A stretch of 64,000 nt of DNA from Polyangiaceae bacterium (GTDB lineage: Bacteria > Myxococcota_A > Polyangia > Polyangiales > Polyangiaceae): positions 128,001-192,000 of the forward strand of contig JBILLK010000018.1 in the NCBI GenBank assembly GCA_044376115.1, written 5' to 3'. Below, piece by piece: positions 18,726-28,400 of this stretch. Below the pieces are notes generated by a model. It saw only the letters and a program-made list of their open reading frames with translations. It made no database searches and was not told the DNA's origin. Within the stretch, counting starts at the first letter, position 1. Each line of letters opens with the position of its first letter. Position numbers and translations under genes: made by a program.

Positions 18726-21377
18726 TCACGTTGCAGTGCGCTCGGCCTTCGCAAGCCTGGTTCCAGTCACTGTTGCTCGTGAGAAACGGGCGTGGGCCAG
18801 CGTCACGCCCTTACTGAACTCCGCGCCTTCCATGTTGGTCGCTTCGAAGCTGGCGCCGTCCAGAACAGCCTCCTCCAGTGAAGCACCGCGCAGGTCGGCG
18901 TCGCGCGCGTCGGCTTGCGTGAGGTTGGCGAAGCGGAAGCTTGCTCGCTCGGCGGAGCAGTTCGCGAGCGTCGCGCCCTTCAGGTTTGCGCCCGAAAAGA
19001 CAGCTCCCGCAAGGTTGGCCGCGGTGAAGGTGCATCCGGCAAGGTCGGCGGAATCCCAGGTGCTCGCCGAAGCCTTTGCGCCGTCGAAACGTGAGCCGCC
19101 GAGCGCGGCCAGTTCGAATCGAGCATCCTTTAGCGTCGCTCGCTCGAAGGTGGCGCCTGGTGCCTGCGACTCGTAGAACTTGCCGTCGGTGAGGTCGCTC
19201 TCAACGAAGGACGCGGCTTCCATGCTTGCCTTCGAGAAGTCTGCCTTGGTGAGGCGCGCACTGTCGAGGCGCGTACGGGTGAGGTCCGCTTCAACGAAGC
19301 GAGTCCCCGTGCCGCCTGCCCCGGTTAGAATGGCCTCCGCTAGATTCGCGCGGCTAAAGTTTGTGTGGTCGAGCTCGGCCTCGCAGAAATTCGCCTGCTG
19401 TGCCTTTGCCGCGCGAAGGTCCGCCCTTGAGAGCTTCGCTCCGACGAGAGAGGCACCCGCGAGTGATGCGCCCGCGAGCACAGCGCCGCGGAGATCCGAG
19501 CCATCCAGCCGCGCGCCTTCAAGCGATGCCCCACGCAGGATGACGCCACGAAGATCCGCACCACGAAGATCCGCTCCCGACAATTCCGCGCGTGCGAGAT
19601 CGCGGCCTAAAAAGTTTTTGCCCGCCGCCACATCGGCGAGGATCTCCGCTCGGCGGGGTGGCGGTCGCGCCGGTCCCGGCGCCGAGCGAAGCCTGAGCAG
19701 AGCGGCCGTCAGTTCAGACCAATGGGCACGCGCAGCCTTGAGCGGCCGCAACGAGGACGCATCGATGGTGGGTGAAACCGCGTCGCGCCAGATCGGTGCG
19801 CGGAGCGAGGCAACCGCATGATCGACAGCCGCAGAGCCCACGGTCTCACGGTCACGCACAAGGAGAAGCGACGGTTCCTCGGTGCCACCCTCAACAACCG
19901 GGTAGCTTCCCCGCCAAACGATCTCGAGCCGCATCGCATCCGCGTCCAACAGCAAGGTGTCGAGCTGGAGCGCAACATCAGCGACCTCGGACTTCGGACC
20001 GCTCAGTGCAAGAGCGTGCGGCCTCTGCGTCGGGAGCGGTACGTCGATCGTGCGACCACCCTCCAGCAGTCCTGCGACGACCAGGCGCGCGTCCGGACGG
20101 AGCATAGGTGTCCTGAGCAGCGGCAGAGCGACCTGAAACGCCCGCGGGTCAACGTCCGCAGGCAGATAGGGCCAGCGCTCATCAAGCCACCCGTCATCGA
20201 AGGTTCCGAATAGCGGCTGCCGCGCTGGATGGGTTGGAGCGATGGGGCCCAGCCTTACTGGCGCGTCCGAGGACGCATCGAATGATGCACGGAGAGTCCC
20301 CAATTCGACCCGAACGACGGTTTTCGCAGCACCTCCGACGGCCCTCGCGGTGCCCCGAATCACCAGATCCAGCTCCTGTTTGAACGGCGCGAAATCAGAC
20401 GCTCGCTCAAGCGCGCCGTCGGCTCCGAGTCGGTCTCCTTCCAACGGGGGTTGAGTCTCAGCAAGGCTCAGGCTGCGTCCGTCCGGTGAGATGTCGAACG
20501 CGCCTTTCAAGAACACAAGGCGCCGAGCCTCTCCCGGGGTGGGTTTCCAAACACGCACCTGCGCCGCAAAAGGAGTGAGGTTCTCGAGATTGAACGGTTG
20601 CACGACCGGACTCCGAGAGTTCTTCGAAGCTCCGCGTGCCTGGATCCACGCGGCTGGGCGGCCTAGCGCCTTACCGTCATCCTTCACCGGCTGAATTGCT
20701 ATCTCCAGACGATCTCCCAGTTGTGGTGTCTCGAGCGCTAAGGGCCATTCGACGCTACCGCGATGGGTGACGGACACGACCCCGAGGACCGTCTCGATGC
20801 TGAGGGTGTCCGCAACGAATGGTATGCAGCGGCTATCACTCGACGGACCGTTCACCACCCCACGCGGCATCAGCTGAGGGAGCCGAAACACAAATTCATC
20901 CTCGACCGACTCGAAGCCCACGAGGCGAATCTGCTCTCCACCCGCCAGATGGGGCAGCCATTGGTCCTCAGGTGCCTGTTGATAGATTCGAGTGTCACCA
21001 GCGTCGCTCAAGCTAGGCGGCAGCTCACTCGACTCGGCCCAGTCTCGAGGTGCGTCGCCTGCTAACGGCCTATCCCCAGGCCCAGCGAGCGGACCGCGCG
21101 ACGGCGCGACGACCATCTTTTGCAGAATGATGTCTGCGCCTCGTGCGATCGCGATGCCCCGGAAGTGCGGCAGCGGAGCGCGCCGGATTGGCCCCTCGAC
21201 AACCACCTCAGCGAATGGCTTATAAGGCCCGCGGTCCAGTTGAGAGAAAGGGCGTGGCGTGATGATTCGCCCGTCTGCGAGGGAATACGTCACCTTGACG
21301 ATGAACGTGAGAAACGACCGACCTTGATCGGTTTTCCAACGCAACACTCGGTGGGCGAAGGCCCGAGCGGCAATCAC
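18726..21377 (-). CDS. DUF2169 (two tandem domains) + pentapeptide-repeat protein, T6SS adaptor (TagA/TagAB-like)
   Basis: SDFAPFKQELDLVIRG, GTFDDGWLDERWPYLPADVD, LDTLLLD...VWRG; a degenerate N-terminal copy; long A(D/N)LxxA repeats. Confidence 0.85.
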   Translation of the reverse strand: MIAARAFAHRVLRWKTDQGRSFLTFIVKVTYSLADGRIITPRPFSQLDRGPYKPFAEVVVEGPIRRAPLPHFRGIAIARGADIILQKMVVAPSRGPLAGPGDRPLAGDAPRDWAESSELPPSLSDAGDTRIYQQAPEDQWLPHLAGGEQIRLVGFESVEDEFVFRLPQLMPRGVVNGPSSDSRCIPFVADTLSIETVLGVVSVTHRGSVEWPLALETPQLGDRLEIAIQPVKDDGKALGRPAAWIQARGASKNSRSPVVQPFNLENLTPFAAQVRVWKPTPGEARRLVFLKGAFDISPDGRSLSLAETQPPLEGDRLGADGALERASDFAPFKQELDLVIRGTARAVGGAAKTVVRVELGTLRASFDASSDAPVRLGPIAPTHPARQPLFGTFDDGWLDERWPYLPADVDPRAFQVALPLLRTPMLRPDARLVVAGLLEGGRTIDVPLPTQRPHALALSGPKSEVADVALQLDTLLLDADAMRLEIVWRGSYPVVEGGTEEPSLLLVRDRETVGSAAVDHAVASLRAPIWRDAVSPTIDASSLRPLKAARAHWSELTAALLRLRSAPGPARPPPRRAEILADVAAGKNFLGRDLARAELSGADLRGADLRGVILRGASLEGARLDGSDLRGAVLAGASLAGASLVGAKLSRADLRAAKAQQANFCEAELDHTNFSRANLAEAILTGAGGTGTRFVEADLTRTRLDSARLTKADFSKASMEAASFVESDLTDGKFYESQAPGATFERATLKDARFELAALGGSRFDGAKASASTWDSADLAGCTFTAANLAGAVFSGANLKGATLANCSAERASFRFANLTQADARDADLRGASLEEAVLDGASFEATNMEGAEFSKGVTLAHARFSRATVTGTRLAKAERTAT

Positions 21378-21441
21378 GCAGGGAGCCTACAACACTCGAA
21401 GCCATCGCGGAGCCGGCGCGCTATCCTCCGCCAACGTTCCA

Positions 21442-22725
21442 ATGATGCGTGAGCCGTTGAGCAGCCGATTGGACGCCGTTGAACAGCTGCTCCTCCGGCG
21501 AACCTTACCCGCCCGAGCGGCGACCGCCGTCGACTCGCTGCGTGGGGAGTACGCACGTTGGCGGCAAGCTGGCCGTGTAGCAAGCCGCGACCAGGAAGAG
21601 CTCCTCGGTAGGGTCGGTTCGCACGCGACAGCGGCGGCTACCGTGCTCCATTTGGAAGAGGGCGTCGGGAATCCCTTGGTGGCACCGTTGCTCGCCGTCG
21701 CTCAGGCCGCATCCGCGATGGCCGCAGAAGCCTCGCGGCGCTCGTCGAATGCGAGTCGCCGGGCCGGCCCCAGGCTTCACAGTATGGCCGCCTTGAGAGA
21801 ACATCTTCGGCGTGTCGGGCACGCGCGATACGTGTCCCTCGTCGGCATTTCGGGAACGCTGGACGCCGACGGTGTGGATTTTCGCGGGGCCTCGTTCGAG
21901 GCGGTTGCGCTCGTCGCGGCCCAGCTCGATGGAGCACGGTTCGACGACGCTCGCTTCGCGCGGACGAAGCTCGAGGGTTGCTCGCTCGAGGGCGCGTCTT
22001 TCTGTGGAGCCAGCTTCGACCAGGTGGCCCTGCGTGGATGCAGGCTTGGCTCCAGCCGTTGGCGTGAGGCCAGTGTGGTGCGCGTGGACCTTCGTGACGC
22101 CGACGTGCGAGCCGTGGACTTTCGCGACGCACGCATTGTCCTCGATCCAGCGCTCGAGGGCGCGCTTTTGGCTGGGGTGCGCTTTCGCGCGGCGCAGCTT
22201 CGGGGGGCGAACCTCGCGAACCGAGACCTCACCGGAGCCCACTTCGAGGCCTGCAATCTCACCGGAGCCATCATGGATGGAGCTCGGTTGGACGATGCCG
22301 TGTTGACGGGAGCCCTCCTGAGACAAGCGTCACTTCGCGGCGTAGCAGGCGCGCGCGTCAAGGCGGCCAGAGCCGACCTTGGTGACGCGGAGATCTCGGG
22401 GGCGAAGCTTCCGGGACTCGACGCGCCAGCGCTTTGTGCCCGGCAGGCCCGCTTCACAGCAACGGACCTCAGTGGGAGCAAACTAGAGCACGCCGATCTC
22501 GAGGAGGCGAAGCTAGAGAAAGTGCTCGTGACGAATGGGAACCTGCACGGTGCGCGCATCTCACGAGCTACGCTGCGAGCTTGCTCATTCATTGATGCAA
22601 GATTGTCCTTCGCCGACCTCTCAGCCAGCAGCGCAACCGAATGTCTCTTCGTGGGCGCGGTTCTCGAGGGTATGAAGCGCGACCGAATGTCTGACGAGAA
22701 CAACCAATGGGGTGGCCGTGAGTGA
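21442..22725 (+). CDS. Pentapeptide-repeat protein (TagB-like)
   Basis: Extensive A(D/N)L/F repeats; upstream of DUF3540. Confidence 0.85.
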   Translation: MMREPLSSRLDAVEQLLLRRTLPARAATAVDSLRGEYARWRQAGRVASRDQEELLGRVGSHATAAATVLHLEEGVGNPLVAPLLAVAQAASAMAAEASRRSSNASRRAGPRLHSMAALREHLRRVGHARYVSLVGISGTLDADGVDFRGASFEAVALVAAQLDGARFDDARFARTKLEGCSLEGASFCGASFDQVALRGCRLGSSRWREASVVRVDLRDADVRAVDFRDARIVLDPALEGALLAGVRFRAAQLRGANLANRDLTGAHFEACNLTGAIMDGARLDDAVLTGALLRQASLRGVAGARVKAARADLGDAEISGAKLPGLDAPALCARQARFTATDLSGSKLEHADLEEAKLEKVLVTNGNLHGARISRATLRACSFIDARLSFADLSASSATECLFVGAVLEGMKRDRMSDENNQWGGRE

Positions 22726-23284
22726 AGTACGCCAACTAGGTATGAATCCGTTCACACACCGCGATGGTCCATCCTCCGCGGAGGTGCTGCAGGTAGAAGA
22801 CCAGACGGTGCTCGTTCGCCTCCATCACGCGCGAACCGAAGAGGTGCTTCGCGCTGAGCTAGCCGTCATCGGTTACGAGCCTCGCCCGACCGATCGCGTG
22901 CTCGTCCTTCCTGCCGAGGAAGGCCTCTTCGTGGTGGGTGTACTCGGCGAAGCGCGGACGCGAAGACCCGCCGCCCAAGAGACGGTCGTGATCTCAGCCA
23001 CCCAGCGCATCGTCCTAGAAGCTCCAGCGCTGGAGTTGCGCGGTGACACCGCAGCCATCGTCGCAACATCGACGACGTTGACCTCACAGACGCTCGAGGT
23101 CGATGCCAAGCGTGTCGTCGAGCGCGCCGAGGAGACGTACCGCTACGCGAGCGAGTCAGCTCATCTCAACGCGGGAACGATTCGCTCGGTCGCAGACGAC
23201 GCTCACGAAGTCATCGCGCGCCGGGCCTCGATGATCTCTGAAGAAGACACCGTCATCGACGGTGCTCGCGTGCTGCTCGGATGA
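22712..23284 (+). CDS. DUF3540 protein
   Basis: PRPTDRVLV...FVVGVL and C-terminal IDGARVLLG; canonical position before DUF4150. Confidence 0.8.
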   Translation: MAVSEVRQLGMNPFTHRDGPSSAEVLQVEDQTVLVRLHHARTEEVLRAELAVIGYEPRPTDRVLVLPAEEGLFVVGVLGEARTRRPAAQETVVISATQRIVLEAPALELRGDTAAIVATSTTLTSQTLEVDAKRVVERAEETYRYASESAHLNAGTIRSVADDAHEVIARRASMISEEDTVIDGARVLLG

Positions 23285-23321
23285 CCGCCGTGACATCAAC
23301 GCCCAAGGCAATCGGAAACCA

Positions 23322-23729
23322 GTGATCCCCATTTCCACAAAGGCCGGCGGGACCTGCTTCGCATTTCCTGATGTATGCCTCGTGCCAACGTCGGGTGGCC
23401 CACCGGTCCCAACTCCCTTCCCGAACACCGCGATGTGCCAGCTAGCAGACGGCTCCGTATCGGAGGTGCTGATCGAGAACGCACCTGTGTTGGTCGAGAC
23501 CTCGGTGATCCCGACGAGCAGCGGTGATGAGCCGGGAACGGCGGGTGGAGTCATGTCCGGCACGTTCCGCGGCTGTGTGAAATACCGGACCGCGAGCGGG
23601 AAGGTCTACGCGAAGGGCAAGCGTGTCGTGCTGCTCGGTGCCGTCACTGCACACAACGGTGACAACGCGAACATGCCGGCCGGACAACAGGTCGCGCCTT
23701 CACAGACGCGCGTCCTGGCCTCGTCGTAA
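23322..23729 (+). CDS. DUF4150 PAAR-like spike tip protein
   Basis: FAFPDVCLVP...PVPTPFPN...SSGDEPGTAGGVMSG...HNG...QVAPSQTRV. Confidence 0.92.
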   Translation: MIPISTKAGGTCFAFPDVCLVPTSGGPPVPTPFPNTAMCQLADGSVSEVLIENAPVLVETSVIPTSSGDEPGTAGGVMSGTFRGCVKYRTASGKVYAKGKRVVLLGAVTAHNGDNANMPAGQQVAPSQTRVLASS

Positions 23730-23734
23730 TCGGC

Positions 23735-24811
23735 TCAGTGCAGGTCGCTGGGTTCGCGTGGGGTCACATCCAGTGCGCCAAGCCAAGGAAGCTCTACCCT
23801 CGGCCAGCACCGGAGCCTCTTGCGACAGTCTGCATCGGCGGCACAGACGCTCTTGAGTTCCGTCTCAGTCGGCAATCGCGGCACCGTACCGCCCGGATCG
23901 CACACGAGCGCATTGAAGGAGTCGCGTTTCCATTTGCCGCAGAACGCGCTCTGGCTGCGCGCACCAAACATGCACGACTCTCCCGCTTTGCAATCGCCCT
24001 GGCGCGTGCACCCAAACGCCGGAGCCCTGAAAGACAACACGAGCTCGGACGTCTCGGCCTCGCAGGTTGGTGGCTCGTTCGACTTCCGCGCCATGACGCA
24101 TACTGGTTTCTCCTGCGGACAGCGTTCCTTGTTGGCGCAGGTAGCTCGGCTCGCGGGTGCTCTGCATACCCCCTCGATTCCGTTCTCGTCGTTCAGCAGG
24201 TCGACGCTTCGCGATCGATCACAGGTTGTTCCTCGAGGGCAGGGAGCCCCGCCCTCCTGACAAACCTCCATCCTGCAGAACTCGTGGGCACGAGGCATGC
24301 ACAGGTGCGTAGAAGCAGGCTGAAAGGTATTTAGGCAGCAGGCCTCCGACGCTGCGCAGTCACTAGCGTCGTCACAGTTCGCCAAATAGGGACCAGCTTG
24401 CCCCCCCTTCTCTTGGCGGACGCAAGACCATTGCCTGTTGTCGACGTCCCAATCGCAGTCATGAGTGGAGGCGTCGCAACGGGCCGTGCCGCAGGAAATG
24501 GTCCCCTTGGTTGATCCCGGAGCGCCTGTTCGTGGACCTGTCGGGTCCCGCGGGTCCCGCGCCACCGGCGGCTTGAAAATCGCTGGGCTCTCCGAGGATT
24601 GGGCCGGCGGGGACACGTCGGCGATAGGAAGTGGGGCCTCAACCTCCGGTTGGGTCACGCTCTGCGAAAGCCGGAGCCGTTCCTCGCCCACCATGGGTGA
24701 ACATGCCGCTCCGAGGAGCACAACGAGCGCTGCACACCTCTCCGGAACGTACGTGCACGATGGTCGGCTGACCTTTTGAAGAACCAAGTTCAGCAACATT
24801 GGAGTCGTCAC
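23735..24811 (-). CDS. Cys-rich putative lipoprotein
   Basis: VVLLGAAC lipobox-like; CDDASDCAASEACC-type Cys repeats. Confidence 0.65.
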   Translation of the reverse strand: MTTPMLLNLVLQKVSRPSCTYVPERCAALVVLLGAACSPMVGEERLRLSQSVTQPEVEAPLPIADVSPPAQSSESPAIFKPPVARDPRDPTGPRTGAPGSTKGTISCGTARCDASTHDCDWDVDNRQWSCVRQEKGGQAGPYLANCDDASDCAASEACCLNTFQPASTHLCMPRAHEFCRMEVCQEGGAPCPRGTTCDRSRSVDLLNDENGIEGVCRAPASRATCANKERCPQEKPVCVMARKSNEPPTCEAETSELVLSFRAPAFGCTRQGDCKAGESCMFGARSQSAFCGKWKRDSFNALVCDPGGTVPRLPTETELKSVCAADADCRKRLRCWPRVELPWLGALDVTPREPSDLH

Positions 24812-25785
24812 GGCTTAGCCTTGGTTTTTTTCGGGCTCGCAGGCTTGGGCTCTGGCTTCCACAGAGGGTCTGCCTTGCAGGCTGCGTGCGTGCGATAGAG
24901 AGCGATGCCCAGTAGAGAGTCGGGGACGGGCACCCTACCGTTGGGGAAATGCTCAGCGAAGCGCTTGATACGCTCAAGCTCGGAGTTCTCGTGCTTGGGA
25001 CATGGGAGCTCACAGTACGTCACCTCGTAGGGTTCGCCCCTCACGGGTGCCTTAGGTGACCGGAGTTCGACACCAACCTCCTCGCACAGGTTGCAAACCT
25101 GGGAGCCGCCATCAGCGCAAGACACTCGAACCTTCGGACCACACCAGGGGTCGATCCTCACATCTGTGTATCGAAAGTGCGCGGTGTCTCCTACGACCGG
25201 GCCAACGTCTGCACCGAGGTCGTGGCCAGTAGTGGCGAAAGAATCGACTTCCTCCCAGGTACCATCCGCCCTCTTTCGCTGGGTACCGCCAGAATAGTTA
25301 AAGTCGACACCATCAAGTTTTGCGCCCGCCTTCGAGAAGCGACGCAGGATCTGTCCCTTCTCGAACCGCGCTGGTTCTGGGACGAGCATGGTGATGTAGT
25401 CGTCGCTCGCGCGCACGGCGGTGGCAACTGCACAACGCACACTGTGGGGTTCTAGGTCGACGCTAATGAACAGCTTCACCTCCTGGCCCTTCGGCACCCA
25501 CTCGAGCAAGGGGGCAAAATCTACTTCGGGTGTGAAGTCCCGCAGTTCAGGGAAGCGTGCTCGTGCCCACTCAAGCTCGCGTGCCCAAAACTCAGGGCCG
25601 GGCTCCGCGGGCTCGGCAACAACCAGCGCGGGAGTTGGCACGACCGCGGTCGCGAGGGTGTTCGAGTCAGCCATGGCGCTCACGGTGGCGTGTGCGGCTG
25701 GCGCTGGGCTCCTGGCGTTAGTTGATGGATCCATGCAGCCATGTGCCAGGAGAGAAAAACCAACGACGACAATTCGGCGGCTCAT
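24808..25785 (-). CDS. Hypothetical lipoprotein
   Basis: MSRRIVVVGFSLLAHGC lipobox; overlaps next gene. Confidence 0.65.
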   Translation of the reverse strand: MSRRIVVVGFSLLAHGCMDPSTNARSPAPAAHATVSAMADSNTLATAVVPTPALVVAEPAEPGPEFWARELEWARARFPELRDFTPEVDFAPLLEWVPKGQEVKLFISVDLEPHSVRCAVATAVRASDDYITMLVPEPARFEKGQILRRFSKAGAKLDGVDFNYSGGTQRKRADGTWEEVDSFATTGHDLGADVGPVVGDTAHFRYTDVRIDPWCGPKVRVSCADGGSQVCNLCEEVGVELRSPKAPVRGEPYEVTYCELPCPKHENSELERIKRFAEHFPNGRVPVPDSLLGIALYRTHAACKADPLWKPEPKPASPKKTKAKP

Positions 25786-25905
25786 GGCTTCACTGTGATC
25801 GTCACCATGCAGCGCACCCGCTCGCGATTTTTCTCAGGCTCAACATCGCGCCGACAGGAGAACAACGCTCGCGTACACCGTCAAGCCGTTGAGCGTGACG
25901 CAGAG

Positions 25906-25949
25906 GTGGCATCAACGATCACCTAAAGATTGCTGTTTCATCCTGAGCG
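25906..25949 (+). pseudogene. Remnant copy of vgrG 5' end
   Basis: gtggcatcaacgatcacctaaagattgctgtttca matches 29894 gtggcatcgacgatcaccgaaggagtgctgtttca; GAA->TAA plus frameshift. Confidence 0.7.
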
Positions 25950-26201
25950 TTAGTAGCGAGCTCGGACGTACCGAGTTGGCCATAGCGGCGGCCCCCCGGC
26001 TACGCGGCACTGGTGCGCTTGGAGGGCGCGAAACCGAGCATACGGTTTTATGTTCCGCTGCACCAACCCCCGAAGGACCTACGCCACGGTAAAGCCGCTT
26101 TCGCTCTGGCAATCCGTATGCCCATTAGGCCGAACTACTCGCCACAAAATTCAGCTACAAACAGCAGCAGGCGCAGTTTCCCAACTGGGGACGGACAATC
26201 G

Positions 26202-28400
26202 ATGACCCTTTTGATCTACATCGTCAAGTCGGGGGACTGGCTTGCCAAGATCGCTGAAGACCACGGCACAACGGTCGAAGCGATCTGGAACCACCCAGGG
26301 AACGCGGCGCATCGCGCAAAACGCGGCTCCCCCGACGTACTATACCCGGGGGACGCGCTGCAGATCGATGGTGCCCAGTACGTCGCGCCGCCGGCCCCAG
26401 TGCCACCTTCACCCTTAGAGACTGCTGGGTCTTCGCCCGGCTCGCAAGAGCCGGCCCCATGGCCCTATCCGCAGTACGAGGGGCCGTTTTCCACCAAGCC
26501 TACATGGGAGTGTCCGGGCGGGACGTGCGAGTGTCACCCCGTGCCCGAAGACGAGCCGAAGGACGAGCATGTCATCGTCTTCTACGACAAGCACGGCGTA
26601 CGCATGCCGGGCGCGCGTTGTCGCGTCTATGAGCAAGGTCTCCTGCTCACCCCCGATCCGACTAGCGCAGACGGGAACGGTGAACTGCGCGTCGAACTCA
26701 AGTCCACAACCTCAACGTTACGGGTCGAGTGGGCTCCGCCAAACCTGCCGCTTCACCAGTTCCTGCCCTACAGAAACGCGTACCACGTCAAGATGAGCGA
26801 CGACGGCGACCTTGCCCTCGATCGGCGTCTCGCGAACCTTGGCTTCTTTAAAGGCAGGCGACGGCGAGATAACGTCGCCGACTACCAGCGAGCGTACACG
26901 CGGCCACCGACAGGCAACCCTGACGACATCCGCCTCGAAGTGCTCGAACGACACGACAACGGGACTGTCGAGCCGTTCCATCCGCAGGCGCCAGGCGGGC
27001 CGTCCGAGCAGACACGGTCGCTTTTCGCGGCGCCTAAACCTCGGTCGGGCTCTGCCTTGCGCCTGGCACGTGACGAGCAGTTGGGGGCTGGTGGTGGCGG
27101 GCAGGCGACTCCCTCAGCGCAGAACGCAAAGGGCTCCGTCGTCCCTGCCGTCGCCGATGTGGTCGTGCTCGTCATGCTCTCACCCGACTTCGGGCTGATC
27201 GACCCTAAGAAAACGACGGTTCAGCTGCGGCCGCGGAGCGTTCCGGGAATGGACCAGAAGGAGAGCGAAACCAACATCGAACCCACCGTCATACCGAGCG
27301 GGCCCTCATCACCGTTGAGCTACGAGTTCAAGGACATACGGGTTGGGATCTACGATGCGATTGTCGGCATCGAGGGTGTCAAGCGGCCCGGAGGCCGGAC
27401 CACCTACGCCCTGGGAACGAAGGAGCTGGAGGTGCGTCAGTCGTGGCCCAGCCCAGGCTTGCTGGTAACCGCGGTGGTTGGGAAACCTATTCTGAGTGTC
27501 AGCGACCCGCGGTTGGCTCTGGATATGGAACCCATGCGGCGCCGCCGAAAAGTGCTCGCGACTGTCTTCTCGACATTTCCGCAGTGGGCGGGCGGCGCAG
27601 ATGCGGCGCGGCTCGCCAATCACGCCCCGCCCTACGACCAGGGAGCGTACAAGGACATGATTGCCGATGCATCGCAGAACACGTGCTCGGCGATCAATGC
27701 GATTACCAACAACATTGCCAGTGCGAAAAAAAACAAGATTGATCCGGCGAAGCCCGAGCAAGGCCCCGTACCGGACGGAAACGGAGGTCACTTTGGGTAC
27801 AAGATGAAGCTGCATCCAGCTTACGTGACCTACGCGGAGGGCCTTCTACCAAGCGTAGGGGACTCCGTTTGCTTCCGGGAAGATGACGGACTGATTCACC
27901 ATTGCGGCCTGTTTCTCGGGCTTGTTGAGGTGCAAGACCCGAGCTGGATCAAAGCGCACTGGGATGCCCAGCCCCTACCATCTCCACAGAAGGTGTGGAT
28001 CAGTGCGGACGGGGGCCAACGCACGCCCACTCAGCCCTTCCAGGACGATCCGGAATGGGGCTGGTCCCGACGTTTCAACAATCTCTCGAACGAAGAGGCA
28101 GCCTTCATCCTTCCACGCATCTTCACCACACCGGACGGTCGAGCTGAGGTTCAGAACTGCTACGCCTTTCCGACGACCGTGAGCGACCGACGCATCGTCG
28201 ACGGTTGGCTCGATGTGTCCGACCCACTGGTTCCCTTCCCGAAGCCCGATTACGGCAAGGAACGAGATGAACTCACATACGGAACCGAGAAAGACTACAA
28301 CAGCATTAAAGCTTATCTCCTGAAATTTCCCGCCTTGGTAGAAGCCGATCGGCGCGCCTGTTTCGAGATTCAACACGGGGTACCCCCGTACTCCATCTAA
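26202..28400 (+). CDS. LysM / PG-binding protein with C-terminal NlpC/P60-like domain (putative effector 1)
   Basis: YIVKSGDWLAKIA...LYPGD LysM; RRLANLGF...DYQRAY; NTC, PSVGD..HHCG, WISADGGQ; no signal peptide. Confidence 0.72.
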   Translation: MTLLIYIVKSGDWLAKIAEDHGTTVEAIWNHPGNAAHRAKRGSPDVLYPGDALQIDGAQYVAPPAPVPPSPLETAGSSPGSQEPAPWPYPQYEGPFSTKPTWECPGGTCECHPVPEDEPKDEHVIVFYDKHGVRMPGARCRVYEQGLLLTPDPTSADGNGELRVELKSTTSTLRVEWAPPNLPLHQFLPYRNAYHVKMSDDGDLALDRRLANLGFFKGRRRRDNVADYQRAYTRPPTGNPDDIRLEVLERHDNGTVEPFHPQAPGGPSEQTRSLFAAPKPRSGSALRLARDEQLGAGGGGQATPSAQNAKGSVVPAVADVVVLVMLSPDFGLIDPKKTTVQLRPRSVPGMDQKESETNIEPTVIPSGPSSPLSYEFKDIRVGIYDAIVGIEGVKRPGGRTTYALGTKELEVRQSWPSPGLLVTAVVGKPILSVSDPRLALDMEPMRRRRKVLATVFSTFPQWAGGADAARLANHAPPYDQGAYKDMIADASQNTCSAINAITNNIASAKKNKIDPAKPEQGPVPDGNGGHFGYKMKLHPAYVTYAEGLLPSVGDSVCFREDDGLIHHCGLFLGLVEVQDPSWIKAHWDAQPLPSPQKVWISADGGQRTPTQPFQDDPEWGWSRRFNNLSNEEAAFILPRIFTTPDGRAEVQNCYAFPTTVSDRRIVDGWLDVSDPLVPFPKPDYGKERDELTYGTEKDYNSIKAYLLKFPALVEADRRACFEIQHGVPPYSI

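Noticed and set aside
18726..22725. Qnr/MfpA quinolone-resistance proteins
   Set aside because: Pentapeptide repeats are fused to or flanked by DUF2169/DUF3540/DUF4150, a T6SS accessory context
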